From Chlamydiota bacterium (lineage in GTDB: Bacteria; Chlamydiota; Chlamydiia; Chlamydiales; JAAKFR01): 34,555 nt of DNA. The notes under the pieces were generated by a model. It saw only the letters and a list, made by a program, of their open reading frames with translations, did no database searches and had not been told where the DNA came from. A program made the translations under genes and the position numbers. The stretch lies in assembly GCA_011064985.1 (NCBI GenBank), contig JAAKFR010000003.1, positions 1-34,555 of the forward strand. Direction: 5' to 3'. Of this stretch, positions 1-7,724 are shown piece by piece (position 1 is the first letter of the stretch; each line of letters opens with the position of its first letter).

Positions 1-167
1 CGGAAACCATGTTGGGATTGCGATCGATCTCAGTAAATACTTTAAGCGAGGAGTTTTGGCGATACCGTAGCAGTGCTCAACATGAGCATCTATACGGACA
101 TATCGCCTCCAATCAAGAGGGAGTTGAACGACTGGCCGCGTAATTTTAACTGATTTGGGTTACACCC
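1..167 (+). mobile_element. Right end of an ISKra4-like insertion sequence (transposase C-terminus plus putative terminal inverted repeat)
   Basis: Frame from position 3 reads ETMLGLRSISVNTLSEEFWRYRSSAQHEHLYGHIASNQEGVERLAA*, stop at 141-143. This resembles ISKra4-type transposase C-termini (aMLxLRs...eeFWxyr...rLYg). It is followed by ...GTTACACCC ending at 167, where an unrelated ISAs1 frame resumes. Confidence 0.5.
3..143 (+). CDS. Transposase C-terminal fragment (ISKra4-like), 5' part outside the window
   Basis: Open frame of 46 codons to TAA at 141-143; motif resemblance only. Confidence 0.5.
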   Translation, partial: ETMLGLRSISVNTLSEEFWRYRSSAQHEHLYGHIASNQEGVERLAA

Positions 168-168
168 A

Positions 169-501
169 ATTGAAATTGAGTCTGAAAGGGTTGAGCAAGG
201 GAAGGTGTTAGTAGAGCGTCGATATTATATAACTTCATTGAAAGCAGATGCAAAAAAACTGTGTAGGATTATCAAGAGTCACTGGGCGATAGAGAATAAT
301 TTGCATCGTCAACTGGATATAAATTTTATGGAGGATGAGAGTCCAGTAAACACAGGTTATGCGGCAGAAAATCTGGGATTCTTTAGGAGAACGGCTTTGA
401 ATATACTGGGTTCTGGTAAGGGACTGTTGAATAGGAGGAAAAAGGCTGCTTGGAATGAGAACTACTTAACAAAATTGGTAAGTATGTTTTTTATCAAATA
501 A
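169..501 (+). pseudogene. ISAs1-family transposase, C-terminal fragment
   Basis: IEIESERVEQGKVLVERRYYITSL...IKSHWAIENNLHRQLDINFMED...AAENLGFFRRTALNIL...RRKKAAWNENYL are hallmark ISAs1 motifs (RYYISSL, HWxIEN.LHW.LD..F.ED). The N-terminus is absent; similarity starts at 169, right after the other IS end. Confidence 0.85.
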
Positions 502-503
502 AT

Positions 504-520
504 CTAGTGAAAAGCCCCTA
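504..520 (+). repeat. Putative ISAs1 right terminal inverted repeat (CTAGTGAAAAGCCCCTA)
   Basis: Immediately follows the transposase stop. The reverse complement begins TAGGGGC, similar to ISAs1-type ends. The partner repeat is not in the window. Confidence 0.35.
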
Positions 521-523
521 CTC

Positions 524-573
524 GTTGGTACTTGTTTCGTAGGCTTTTCTTCTGGAAAAATCTAAGTACCAAC
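524..573. terminator. Inverted repeat GTTGGTACTT/AAGTACCAAC between convergent genes, possible terminator
   Basis: Perfect 10-bp arms at 524-533 and 564-573. Confidence 0.35.
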
Positions 574-591
574 TCATTTTATAACTCCTTT

Positions 592-1578
592 TTAAGAGCA
601 TAGTGTTTTGATTGTTTCTTCTGAAAAGCCTGTCAGTTTAGAAATTTGGTTTATTGGAAGACCTTCTTCGAGCATCGAAAGAGCGATTTGCTTTTTCCCT
701 TCCTCTACCCCTTGCTCTATTCCTTGCTCTATTCCTTGCTCTATTCCCTGCTCTATTCCTTGCTCTATTCCCTGCTCTACCCCTTGCTCTATTCCTTGTT
801 TACGTTCTGCTGAGAGAACTGCTAAATGGTCTCGGTGTTCGTTGATGCTGGCTTCGTAGGCTTTTCTTGTAACGGGATCCGAAGAAAGTCTCTCGAGTTT
901 TTCAATGGCGTGCTTAAAAACAGGGAGTTTTTTTAAGGTGTTGATTTCTTTTTCTTGTATCACTGAGGCATTTTTGAAAATATAGAACCAGATTTCTTGA
1001 TCTGTTTTCAGCTCTTCTAGGGGTTTGTCCCCGAATTTTTTAAGGTCAAGGATGGTGGCGTTCCACTGGTCAAAGAGGTGATCGTTTGAGGGGGAATATT
1101 CGGGTTTAAAGCGGTAGGTTTCAACGACTTTATTTCCATTGAGAATCCCATCTTTTTCCTGGCTTGATCTATGAAAGTCTATCACTGCGATGATGTGGAC
1201 TTTAGGGAGATCATGGTAGCCAATCAGTTTTTTTTGGGGTTTAGAGATTTCTCCTCGATGGTAGTCAAGTTGCTCGGTATAGTCTTTCCCTAGATAGTAG
1301 AGCAGTCTTTTATCAAATCCCTCATGGTTATAGGTTTGCATTTCTATAATAAACCTTTCTCCCTTGCGAGATTTGACGATTAAATCGACAAAGGTTGAGG
1401 GTCTTCCCACTTCAACACGTCTTTTCCTGGTATCTAAAAATTCTTCGACTTCGATGCAGTTTTCCCCTTCAAGGCTCAAAACGGAATTAATAAAGCTTTC
1501 TATCACGTCTTTACTACTTCTATCGCCAAAGAAATCTTTGAAAACGACATCTATTTTTAAGTCTAAAAGCTGTTTCAT
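592..1578 (-). CDS. Rpn family recombination-promoting nuclease / PD-(D/E)XK putative transposase
   Basis: DLKIDVVFKDFFG start, FVDLIVK...FIIEMQ...FDKRLLYY nuclease core, GIEQ repeats and IALSMLEEGLPINQISKLTGFSEETI tail. Confidence 0.9.
   Translation of the reverse strand: MKQLLDLKIDVVFKDFFGDRSSKDVIESFINSVLSLEGENCIEVEEFLDTRKRRVEVGRPSTFVDLIVKSRKGERFIIEMQTYNHEGFDKRLLYYLGKDYTEQLDYHRGEISKPQKKLIGYHDLPKVHIIAVIDFHRSSQEKDGILNGNKVVETYRFKPEYSPSNDHLFDQWNATILDLKKFGDKPLEELKTDQEIWFYIFKNASVIQEKEINTLKKLPVFKHAIEKLERLSSDPVTRKAYEASINEHRDHLAVLSAERKQGIEQGVEQGIEQGIEQGIEQGIEQGIEQGVEEGKKQIALSMLEEGLPINQISKLTGFSEETIKTLCS
700..795 (-). repeat. 12-bp tandem repeat, about 8 units, encoding GIEQ/GVEQ
   Basis: (CCTTGCTCTATT)-like units on the + strand within the rpn gene. 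Confidence 0.9.
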
Positions 1579-1720
1579 GTCCTATGCTCCCTTGCCTATA
1601 TCTTACCACTTGCCCTGGATTGTGTATATTTCTATTTTATGAAGACCCCGCTGGAAAGAAGATGGTGTAACTTAAATTTTTAAGATGCTAAGATTCTTTG
1701 GCGAATGTTAAGAGGTTCTT

Positions 1721-1910
1721 ATGCAAAAGATAAAAAGAAATGATCAAGGAGTCCCTCAAGAAGTACTACGAAGACTGGCTTGATATGCCTATTCAGGTTC
1801 TAGATGGAAAGACCCCTCGAGAGGGAGCAAAAACAGCTGAAGGAAGGGAGATATTAGAGCTTTTACTCCTCGATCACCTTGACTACATCAAAGAGGCAGG
1901 CGCTTCTTAG
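1721..1910 (+). pseudogene. Remnant of a SEC-C / Xre-MbcA-ParS antitoxin-domain (DUF2384-like) protein gene
   Basis: AGAGG SD then MQKIKRND (like the SEC-C prefix KIGRND) at 1721. In another frame, 1740-1910 reads MIKESLKKYYEDWLDMPIQVLDGKTPREGAKTAEGREILELLL..., matching the W...P.paLdGkTPre...t.eGre.l motif. Confidence 0.6.
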
Positions 1911-2066
1911 GTACTCATGCACTTTCTCTTGCGTCGTAAATCGTTTTCCTTGATGTATCTAACTTTGCCAGAATGCCCCTATGGACTCTTCCGAGCCTGG
2001 AGCTATAGCATTTGCTAGAACCGGGTCCCCTGCTCTTCCGAAGAAAACACTGAGTGCATATGTCAT
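1863..2066 (-). pseudogene. Small ORF or interrupted gene with strong SD and effector-class promoter
   Basis: AAAAGGAAGG SD, ATG at 2066, MTYALSVFFGRAGDPVLANAIAPGSEESIGAFWQS*. TAG at 1959-1961; the frame stays open to TAA at 1863. Confidence 0.4.
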
Positions 2067-2096
2067 ATTTCCTTCCTTTTGTTTGGATTTACATGT

Positions 2097-2131
2097 AGTA
2101 TACCAGAAAATTGTTAATTAAATTTTATTAA
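2097..2131 (-). promoter_or_regulatory. TTAAC-N7-TG-G-TATACT promoter for the ORF starting at 2066
   Basis: Minus strand: ttaataaaatttaaTTAACaattttcTGgTATACT. Same spacing as at 5849-5880 and 31063-31094; the upstream half-site is degenerate. Confidence 0.55.
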
Positions 2132-5100
2132 TTATTTTGAAGGAAGGTGGAGGGAGCGGGCTTTTTCTAAGAGTTTGCAGGCAAAGGGGGTGGCATCGCG
2201 CCCAAATTCCCCCTGCCGGAGGTAGATAAGGATGACAAGCTCTGGGGTTTGGAGCTCAGTTGAGGTGTAGGAGATCCCCCCAAACCAGATCGGCTTGGTC
2301 TTGACGTAAGGGTGGGCCCCATCGAGGCTGAATCTTTCCATGATCTCGGATGTACTCGTTTTTCCGATGAGGGTTTCGGCAATGGATGGATAGAGTTGTC
2401 TAAGCGAGCGGGCCGTCCCCTTCTCCCCACGGACAACTTGCTTTAGCCCCTCGATGAGGATCTGCTGGACTTGGGTGGGGAGATATACCTGCCAACGGGG
2501 TTCAGCAGTTGTAGTTTGTACTCCTTGTGGAGGGAGCTGCTCTTTGAGGATTTGGGGTTTTAAAATGGCCCCCCCGTTTGTCATCGCCGCCATCATGGTG
2601 GCTGTTTGGAGAGGGGTTCCAAGGAGGGAATGTTGCCCCATTGACATGGCATAAAGCCCAGAACGGTTATAAGAGACATCCTGGGGAATATACCCCTTGT
2701 ATTCGCCAGGAAGGTCGATTCCGCTCTTTTCCCCATATCCGAAAAGGGCAGCGGCTCGGCAAAGGTCTTCAGGATCGTCTAGAATCTCTCCAGAGAGAAG
2801 GGCAAAGTAGGGATTGCTGGAGGTTTCAATGGCCCGGACAAGGTCGATCTTCCCCACCCCAGAGTGTTCACTTCTCGGTATCCTCCCACCGTGGTAGTAC
2901 ATCGGAATAGGCTGTCCTTCGATTTGGTAGCCGACATTCCACCCTTTTTGGGTCCGGTGTTTGTCATCAATAATGACAAAAGGATTGAGATCCTTCCCCT
3001 TGTCAAACAGCTGTACTAAGGCCTCATAAGAGGGGATCAGCTTGAAAATCGAGCCGATGGTGGTAGCTTGTCGGAAGGCGTAGGAGCGAGCATACCCGAA
3101 TCCATACTTCGGATAGAAACCAGCTGCAAGGTGTTTCTCCTCGTTTCCTTTCAGGATCCCATAGCGCCCTAAAAGGGGGCGGTCGAGCTCGGAATAGCTG
3201 CGGAAGGATTGTAAAATTGAGAAATAGGCCAAGGGTGGAATCTCCTGCATTCTTTCCTGCAGGCGGAGATAGGCCTTTGAAAAGGCCAAAGCTTTATGCG
3301 CACCCGAATCGAGCTCCTCACTCCAAGCGGCAAGGGTTTGCTGATAAGGGTCCTCTACCCCCTCTTCCTCCCCTTGGAGAAACATGGTGAGGAAACCCCA
3401 CTTATTCTCCTCCCAAAAAAGTTCGAATTGTCTCCTCTCTTCTTTTTCCAGGTAGTAGAGGTAGGGCTTGGGGTACTTGACAAGGGCCTTTTTCTCCTCT
3501 TTCCGCTTGTTTGCTAGAAAATCTGCGAAAAACTCCTCTCTCCACAACCTAAAGTCGTGTTCATGGAAAAGATCACGGACTATTTTACAAATAGCCTCCT
3601 CAACACCTACAAAAGCGGTCATAGCCTCCCGGTATTCATTTAGAGAGAGGTGGCCGATCAGTTGGGTGAGGGTAGGAGAAAACCGTCTCTCATCCACAAC
3701 GACTCGGTAGAGGTCGACTAAAAGGAGCTTCTCATAGTTTCTTTTGAGGGGGGTAAAATAGGGAGCTAGAACCTCTTGGAAAGTAGCAACCTCTCCCTCA
3801 ACCTCGGCAAAACGCTCCTCGAGAAAAGCCTTTTGGGGCAAAGTAGTTGTAACCCCTACTGGGATGGTCTCTTCGTCAACCAGGAGAAAGTCAAGAACAT
3901 GGGAGGAGGTAAGCTTGAGCTCGTCAGAGGCAAATAAACTGCATAACTTCTCAAAGCTTCTCTGAACGAAAAGGGCATCTCCGACACTCCCGTTTGCTTC
4001 TAAAACCTCCCGGACAGGGGAGTTTGGAGGGAGGATGAACTGGAGATAGGTCTCCCAAGTAAGCTCGACCTCCTCGTCGTAGTATTCCCCTCTTGTAAGA
4101 GAAAACCGTTCTCGCTTGAAGGGGACTTTTTGGTCCCAGAGTTGGGAGATATGCCCTTCTGTCTCCATCCACCGATGAACCCGCTGATTGAGTTCATCTC
4201 GCTCTTCACCTTGTCCAACCCGAATGAAATCGTTGGGATTGAAACGAGGGGAGGAGGCCATCGCATAGATCTCTCCATTTTGGGGATTCATGACAATCGC
4301 AGCTCCCCCCTTGATCCAGGGTTGGTTCTCAGGAAGAAGCTTTCTTAAAGCTACAGCTCCCGCCCTTTGGCTAGGGGGGCGCCCATCGTATTCGATGAGG
4401 AGCTGCTCAGCATACGCTTGCAACTCGCTTGAAATAGAGAGAACAATCCGATTTCCAGGGGTCGCCTCCACTGAGCCAGGCATCTGCTGCAAAAAATTCC
4501 CTCTGGTATCGGTCAAATACCGTTTTTTTCCAGAAGAACCCCGCAACTGCTCGTCAAAGGTGGCCTCCACTCCCATTTTTCCGACCCAATCTTGGTAAGA
4601 ATAGGCCTTTTTCTCGAGTTCCTTGACCCGGGCTTCAACCCGTTCCATTGTTGGGCAACCTACAGGAAAAGGAGGCTCCTCCCCCTCCTCCCAGATGGTG
4701 ATGCAGGAGCGAAGCTCTTCCAGTTCTTGCGTGATCGCGTCGTACTCTTCACGACTAATCGGCCCGATATAGCCGAGAATTTCCCCGGCTACTGCCCCTT
4801 TTGGATAACATCTTTTTGGGGCCACCTCGGCTTGGACACCCGGCCATGACATTCCGAGCATCTGGAGGCGAAAATACTCCTGTTCTGTGATGTTTTCTTT
4901 GAGAACACAAGGGACATTGCCCAAGATCGCAGCTTTTCCATGGATCTGGTCTTCCACGTCTCTTGCATCCAACTGGAGCTCTTCTCCGAGTACTTGAGCC
5001 AAACGCTGAATGTACTCCTTCCGATAGAAGAATTTTTCCCTTTTGCCGCTCTTGTTTTTCTTCCAGATCCACCGTGGCATCTCCCGAATCGGGCCATACC

Positions 5101-5353
5101 GGACAGCAGCGTTATATTGCACCTTGTTGATCGCAAGGGGAACTCCGAACCGATCGGTAATCGTCGCTCTTGGTGCCCGCTCAATCACCGTTCTCTCTTG
5201 TGGCCTGCGCGCCTCCTCGATTTTCTCCTCATGTTGGAAAACGGCCAAATGCCAAACGCGCAGGAAAATGAGAAATAAGACCCCCAAGATCCCGTTTAGA
5301 ATCCGATTCGCTTTTTCGGGGACATCCCCCTCTCTTCGTCCTTCGTTCCACAT
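2132..5353 (-). CDS. pbpB: Penicillin-binding protein 2 (large chlamydial class B PBP, CT682-like)
   Basis: N-terminal TM helix, PRATITDRFG dimerisation motif, transpeptidase motifs SIFK, SSN and KTS, 1073 aa, syntenic with rpsB as in Chlamydia. Confidence 0.92.
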   Translation of the reverse strand: MWNEGRREGDVPEKANRILNGILGVLFLIFLRVWHLAVFQHEEKIEEARRPQERTVIERAPRATITDRFGVPLAINKVQYNAAVRYGPIREMPRWIWKKNKSGKREKFFYRKEYIQRLAQVLGEELQLDARDVEDQIHGKAAILGNVPCVLKENITEQEYFRLQMLGMSWPGVQAEVAPKRCYPKGAVAGEILGYIGPISREEYDAITQELEELRSCITIWEEGEEPPFPVGCPTMERVEARVKELEKKAYSYQDWVGKMGVEATFDEQLRGSSGKKRYLTDTRGNFLQQMPGSVEATPGNRIVLSISSELQAYAEQLLIEYDGRPPSQRAGAVALRKLLPENQPWIKGGAAIVMNPQNGEIYAMASSPRFNPNDFIRVGQGEERDELNQRVHRWMETEGHISQLWDQKVPFKRERFSLTRGEYYDEEVELTWETYLQFILPPNSPVREVLEANGSVGDALFVQRSFEKLCSLFASDELKLTSSHVLDFLLVDEETIPVGVTTTLPQKAFLEERFAEVEGEVATFQEVLAPYFTPLKRNYEKLLLVDLYRVVVDERRFSPTLTQLIGHLSLNEYREAMTAFVGVEEAICKIVRDLFHEHDFRLWREEFFADFLANKRKEEKKALVKYPKPYLYYLEKEERRQFELFWEENKWGFLTMFLQGEEEGVEDPYQQTLAAWSEELDSGAHKALAFSKAYLRLQERMQEIPPLAYFSILQSFRSYSELDRPLLGRYGILKGNEEKHLAAGFYPKYGFGYARSYAFRQATTIGSIFKLIPSYEALVQLFDKGKDLNPFVIIDDKHRTQKGWNVGYQIEGQPIPMYYHGGRIPRSEHSGVGKIDLVRAIETSSNPYFALLSGEILDDPEDLCRAAALFGYGEKSGIDLPGEYKGYIPQDVSYNRSGLYAMSMGQHSLLGTPLQTATMMAAMTNGGAILKPQILKEQLPPQGVQTTTAEPRWQVYLPTQVQQILIEGLKQVVRGEKGTARSLRQLYPSIAETLIGKTSTSEIMERFSLDGAHPYVKTKPIWFGGISYTSTELQTPELVILIYLRQGEFGRDATPFACKLLEKARSLHLPSK

Positions 5354-5472
5354 ACGCCAGAAAAGATCGCACTACGGCGATATTTTCGCAAAAAAAATCC
5401 TCTCTTAAGAGCCAGTAGAGCAAGTAACCTACTTTGTGTCTGAGGATGGAAACTTGGACCTTTAATTCAAGA

Positions 5473-5528
5473 TGTAGTGGAGAATTTGCAAACTCCACGA
5501 TGAGAAATCACTAAGCTTAGGTTGAGAA
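5473..5528. repeat. Dispersed palindromic repeat, copy A
   Basis: TGTAGTGGAGAATTTGCAAACTCCACGATGAGAAATCACT (5473-5512) is 39/40 identical to 10023-10062 and has an internal GTGGAG...CTCCAC stem. Confidence 0.85.
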
Positions 5529-5537
5529 TTTTTCTCT

Positions 5538-5819
5538 TTAATTTTTCTCTTTGACGCATTGGGCAGCCCATGAAGTGAGATCGGCCAGAAGGATCGCTCC
5601 TGCTAATCCGGTAGCTACATACCCTGCTGCAGGACAAAAATAGCTGCTGTGGGGATTCAAGCAGAGAGCAGCTACAGAAATAGTTGCCACAAGAGCAAGC
5701 ACATCAAACAGCATGGAATATACGCCACTGTTTACGAGCTTCTTGTTCTCATCGGCAGAATCGCTGCCGCCATCAAAATAGCCACAGCAATTAGTTCTTA
5801 AATAGATGGAAAATGCCAT
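5538..5819 (-). CDS. Small membrane protein with bilobed hydrophobic domain (Inc-like candidate)
   Basis: AGGAGG SD; 93 aa with two hydrophobic helices separated by a short loop; no Sec signal peptide. Confidence 0.7.
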   Translation of the reverse strand: MAFSIYLRTNCCGYFDGGSDSADENKKLVNSGVYSMLFDVLALVATISVAALCLNPHSSYFCPAAGYVATGLAGAILLADLTSWAAQCVKEKN

Positions 5820-5848
5820 AAATAGAAACCTCCTTTTTGTTATCTATA

Positions 5849-5880
5849 ATAATAACATAAATATATTAATTTAACATTAA
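5849..5880 (-). promoter_or_regulatory. TTAAT-N6-TTAAT-N7-TG-T-TATTAT promoter
   Basis: Direct repeat with 11-bp period, 10 bp upstream of an extended -10; the -10 lies 30 nt upstream of the ATG at 5819. Confidence 0.6.
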
Positions 5881-5906
5881 TTATCCGAAAATCCGAAAAA
5901 TCTTGG

Positions 5907-5936
5907 TTGCAGAAAATGATGCACTCCCCATATATT
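5907..5936 (+). promoter_or_regulatory. Sigma66-type promoter for tRNA-Gly/rpsB operon
   Basis: TTGCAG-N18-TATATT, 14 nt before the tRNA. TTGCAGAAAATG is identical in the tRNA-Glu promoter. Confidence 0.5.
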
Positions 5937-5950
5937 GGCACTTCAATACC

Positions 5951-6021
5951 GCGCCTGTAGCTCAATGGTAGAGCAGTAGCCTTCCAAGCTACCTGTGTCA
6001 GTTCGATTCTGATCAGGCGCT
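5951..6021 (+). tRNA. tRNA-Gly(TCC)
   Basis: Acceptor GCGCCTG/CAGGCGC; anticodon arm GTAGC-CTTCCAA-GCTAC; GTTCGATT T-loop; CCA not encoded. Confidence 0.96.
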
Positions 6022-6041
6022 TTTATTTTTTCTTAATGTTA

Positions 6042-6112
6042 ACCAAGACCGAAATTCTGCCGAGAAGGGCAGGATGCCGTGTCATACAAATGTCGAAGGG
6101 ACAAGGCTTGGG
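6042..6112 (+). promoter_or_regulatory. Possible structured rpsB leader (S2 autoregulatory element)
   Basis: CCAAGACC...GGCTTGG closing stem with an internal CTGCC-GAGAAG-GGCAG hairpin just upstream of rpsB. Confidence 0.3.
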
Positions 6113-6117
6113 ATTTT

Positions 6118-6879
6118 ATGAGTAAACAAGAAGTCACTATTAAAGATTTATTAGAAGCAGGGGCCCATTTTGGTCACCAAAAACGGCGCTGGAATCCGAA
6201 GATGAAGCGGTTCGTTTTGGAGGTACGCAATGGTCTTTCAATCATCGATTTGGCTAAAACCTTGCAACAACTCCGCAAGGGGATCGAGATCGTAAAAAAA
6301 GCTGCTGTAAACAACAAAACAGTCTTGTTTGTTGGAACGAAAAAGCAGGCAAAATCGGTCATCCGTGAGTGTGCTGAGGAGAGCGGCGAGTACTACGTGT
6401 GCGAGCGTTGGCTAGGGGGGATGCTGACAAATATGTCAACCATCCGCCAGTCGATCAAGACCCTCGAAAAAATCGAACACAACTTAGCTACTGAAGGAGA
6501 GGGGATCACCAAAAAAGAACTCTCTATGCTCTCCAAAGAGCAAGAGAAGCTCGAAAGGAACCTCTCTGGAATCCGCTCCATGCGCAAACTTCCTAGCCTT
6601 CTGATTGTTGTCGACCCAGCAAACGAGCATATTGCAGTGGCAGAAGCGAATAAGCTCGGAATTCCGGTAATCGGCCTTGTCGACACCAACTGCGATCCCG
6701 ATCCAATACAACATGTAATCCCATGTAACGATGATGCTCTTAAAAGCATAAAATTGATCGTCCAGGCCCTCTCCCAAGCGATCATTGATGTGAAAAATGA
6801 GAAGAAACTTTCGATCGAAGGGGATGAGGATGAGAAACCTGAGCCTCCCGTAATTACTGAAGAAGAGGTAGCAAAATGA
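6118..6879 (+). CDS. rpsB: 30S ribosomal protein S2
   Basis: LLEAGAHFGHQKRRWNPKM, RWLGGMLTN, DTNCDPD, IPCNDDA. Start placed at the ATG at 6118. Confidence 0.98.
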   Translation: MSKQEVTIKDLLEAGAHFGHQKRRWNPKMKRFVLEVRNGLSIIDLAKTLQQLRKGIEIVKKAAVNNKTVLFVGTKKQAKSVIRECAEESGEYYVCERWLGGMLTNMSTIRQSIKTLEKIEHNLATEGEGITKKELSMLSKEQEKLERNLSGIRSMRKLPSLLIVVDPANEHIAVAEANKLGIPVIGLVDTNCDPDPIQHVIPCNDDALKSIKLIVQALSQAIIDVKNEKKLSIEGDEDEKPEPPVITEEEVAK

Positions 6880-7724
6880 CACAAGTAACAGCGCAAATGG
6901 TCAAAGAGCTTCGCGACCGAACAGGGGTCGGAATGAGTAAGTGTAAGGAAGCCTTGCAACAAGCCGGCGGAGACATCGAGCTCGCAATCGAAAACCTCCG
7001 AAAGGCGGGAGTGGCCTCTGCAGTAAAAAAAGAGGGGCGTGCCACAGACGAAGGGACGATCAAGGTTGCCGACAATGGTTCCACATTAGCCCTTGTAGAG
7101 GTAAATGCCGAGACCGACTTTGTCGTCAAAAATGAAAATTTCCAAATGTTTGTTCAAAACCTAGCTGAAGAGGTGTGTGCCACGTCCCCAGCAAATGTAG
7201 AGGACTTCCTCAAGCAGAAATTTTCAAAGGACCCAAATCTTACAATCGACGGGTATCGGGCGACAATTGTCCAAAGTTTAGGAGAAAATATCCAGATCCG
7301 TCGGATCGAGTTTTTCCCAAAAAAGGGAAACTCTTCTCTTATGACCTATACCCATAGCGGCGGAAAACTCGTTACTCTGGTAGAGCTCGCTGGTGCAGAG
7401 GGAGAAGAGACTCTTGCTAAAGACATCGCCATGCATGTGGCCGCTGAAGCCCCTGAGTACCTCTCCTCAAACGAGGTTCCAGAACGGGTTGTAGCCCACG
7501 AGAAGGAAATTGCTCGTGCCCAAGTCCAAAACAAGCCCGATACTATCATCGAGAAGATCTTGGAAGGGAAGCTGAGAGCCTACTACAACCAAGTCTGCCT
7601 CCTCAACCAGAAATTCGTCAAAGATCCCGACCTCACCATCCAAGCACTTGTTGAAAAACGAGGCAAAGAGATCGGGAAGTCTCTGTCGGTCTCTCAATTC
7701 CTCCGCTGGCGAGTAGGTGAATAG
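6876..7724 (+). CDS. tsf: Translation elongation factor Ts
   Basis: VKELRDRTGVGMSKCKEAL, EVNAETDFV, DIAMHVAA; ATGA overlap with rpsB. Confidence 0.98.
   Translation: MTQVTAQMVKELRDRTGVGMSKCKEALQQAGGDIELAIENLRKAGVASAVKKEGRATDEGTIKVADNGSTLALVEVNAETDFVVKNENFQMFVQNLAEEVCATSPANVEDFLKQKFSKDPNLTIDGYRATIVQSLGENIQIRRIEFFPKKGNSSLMTYTHSGGKLVTLVELAGAEGEETLAKDIAMHVAAEAPEYLSSNEVPERVVAHEKEIARAQVQNKPDTIIEKILEGKLRAYYNQVCLLNQKFVKDPDLTIQALVEKRGKEIGKSLSVSQFLRWRVGE

Noticed and set aside
700-795. Possible CRISPR array
   Set aside because: Contiguous 12-bp coding repeats with no spacers and no cas genes.
608-859. ORFs with PCSI or LALF repeats on the + strand
   Set aside because: Antisense shadows of the GIEQ repeat in rpn.
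5229-5498. 89-aa ORF MEFANSPL...
   Set aside because: Starts within the palindromic repeat and overlaps pbp2 out of frame.
5473-5512. CIRCE/HrcA or CtsR operator
   Set aside because: Matches neither TTAGCACTC-N9-GAGTGCTAA nor the CtsR heptad repeat.
6079-6117. GTG-start extension of rpsB
   Set aside because: S2 homology begins at the ATG at 6118; the extension lies in the structured leader.
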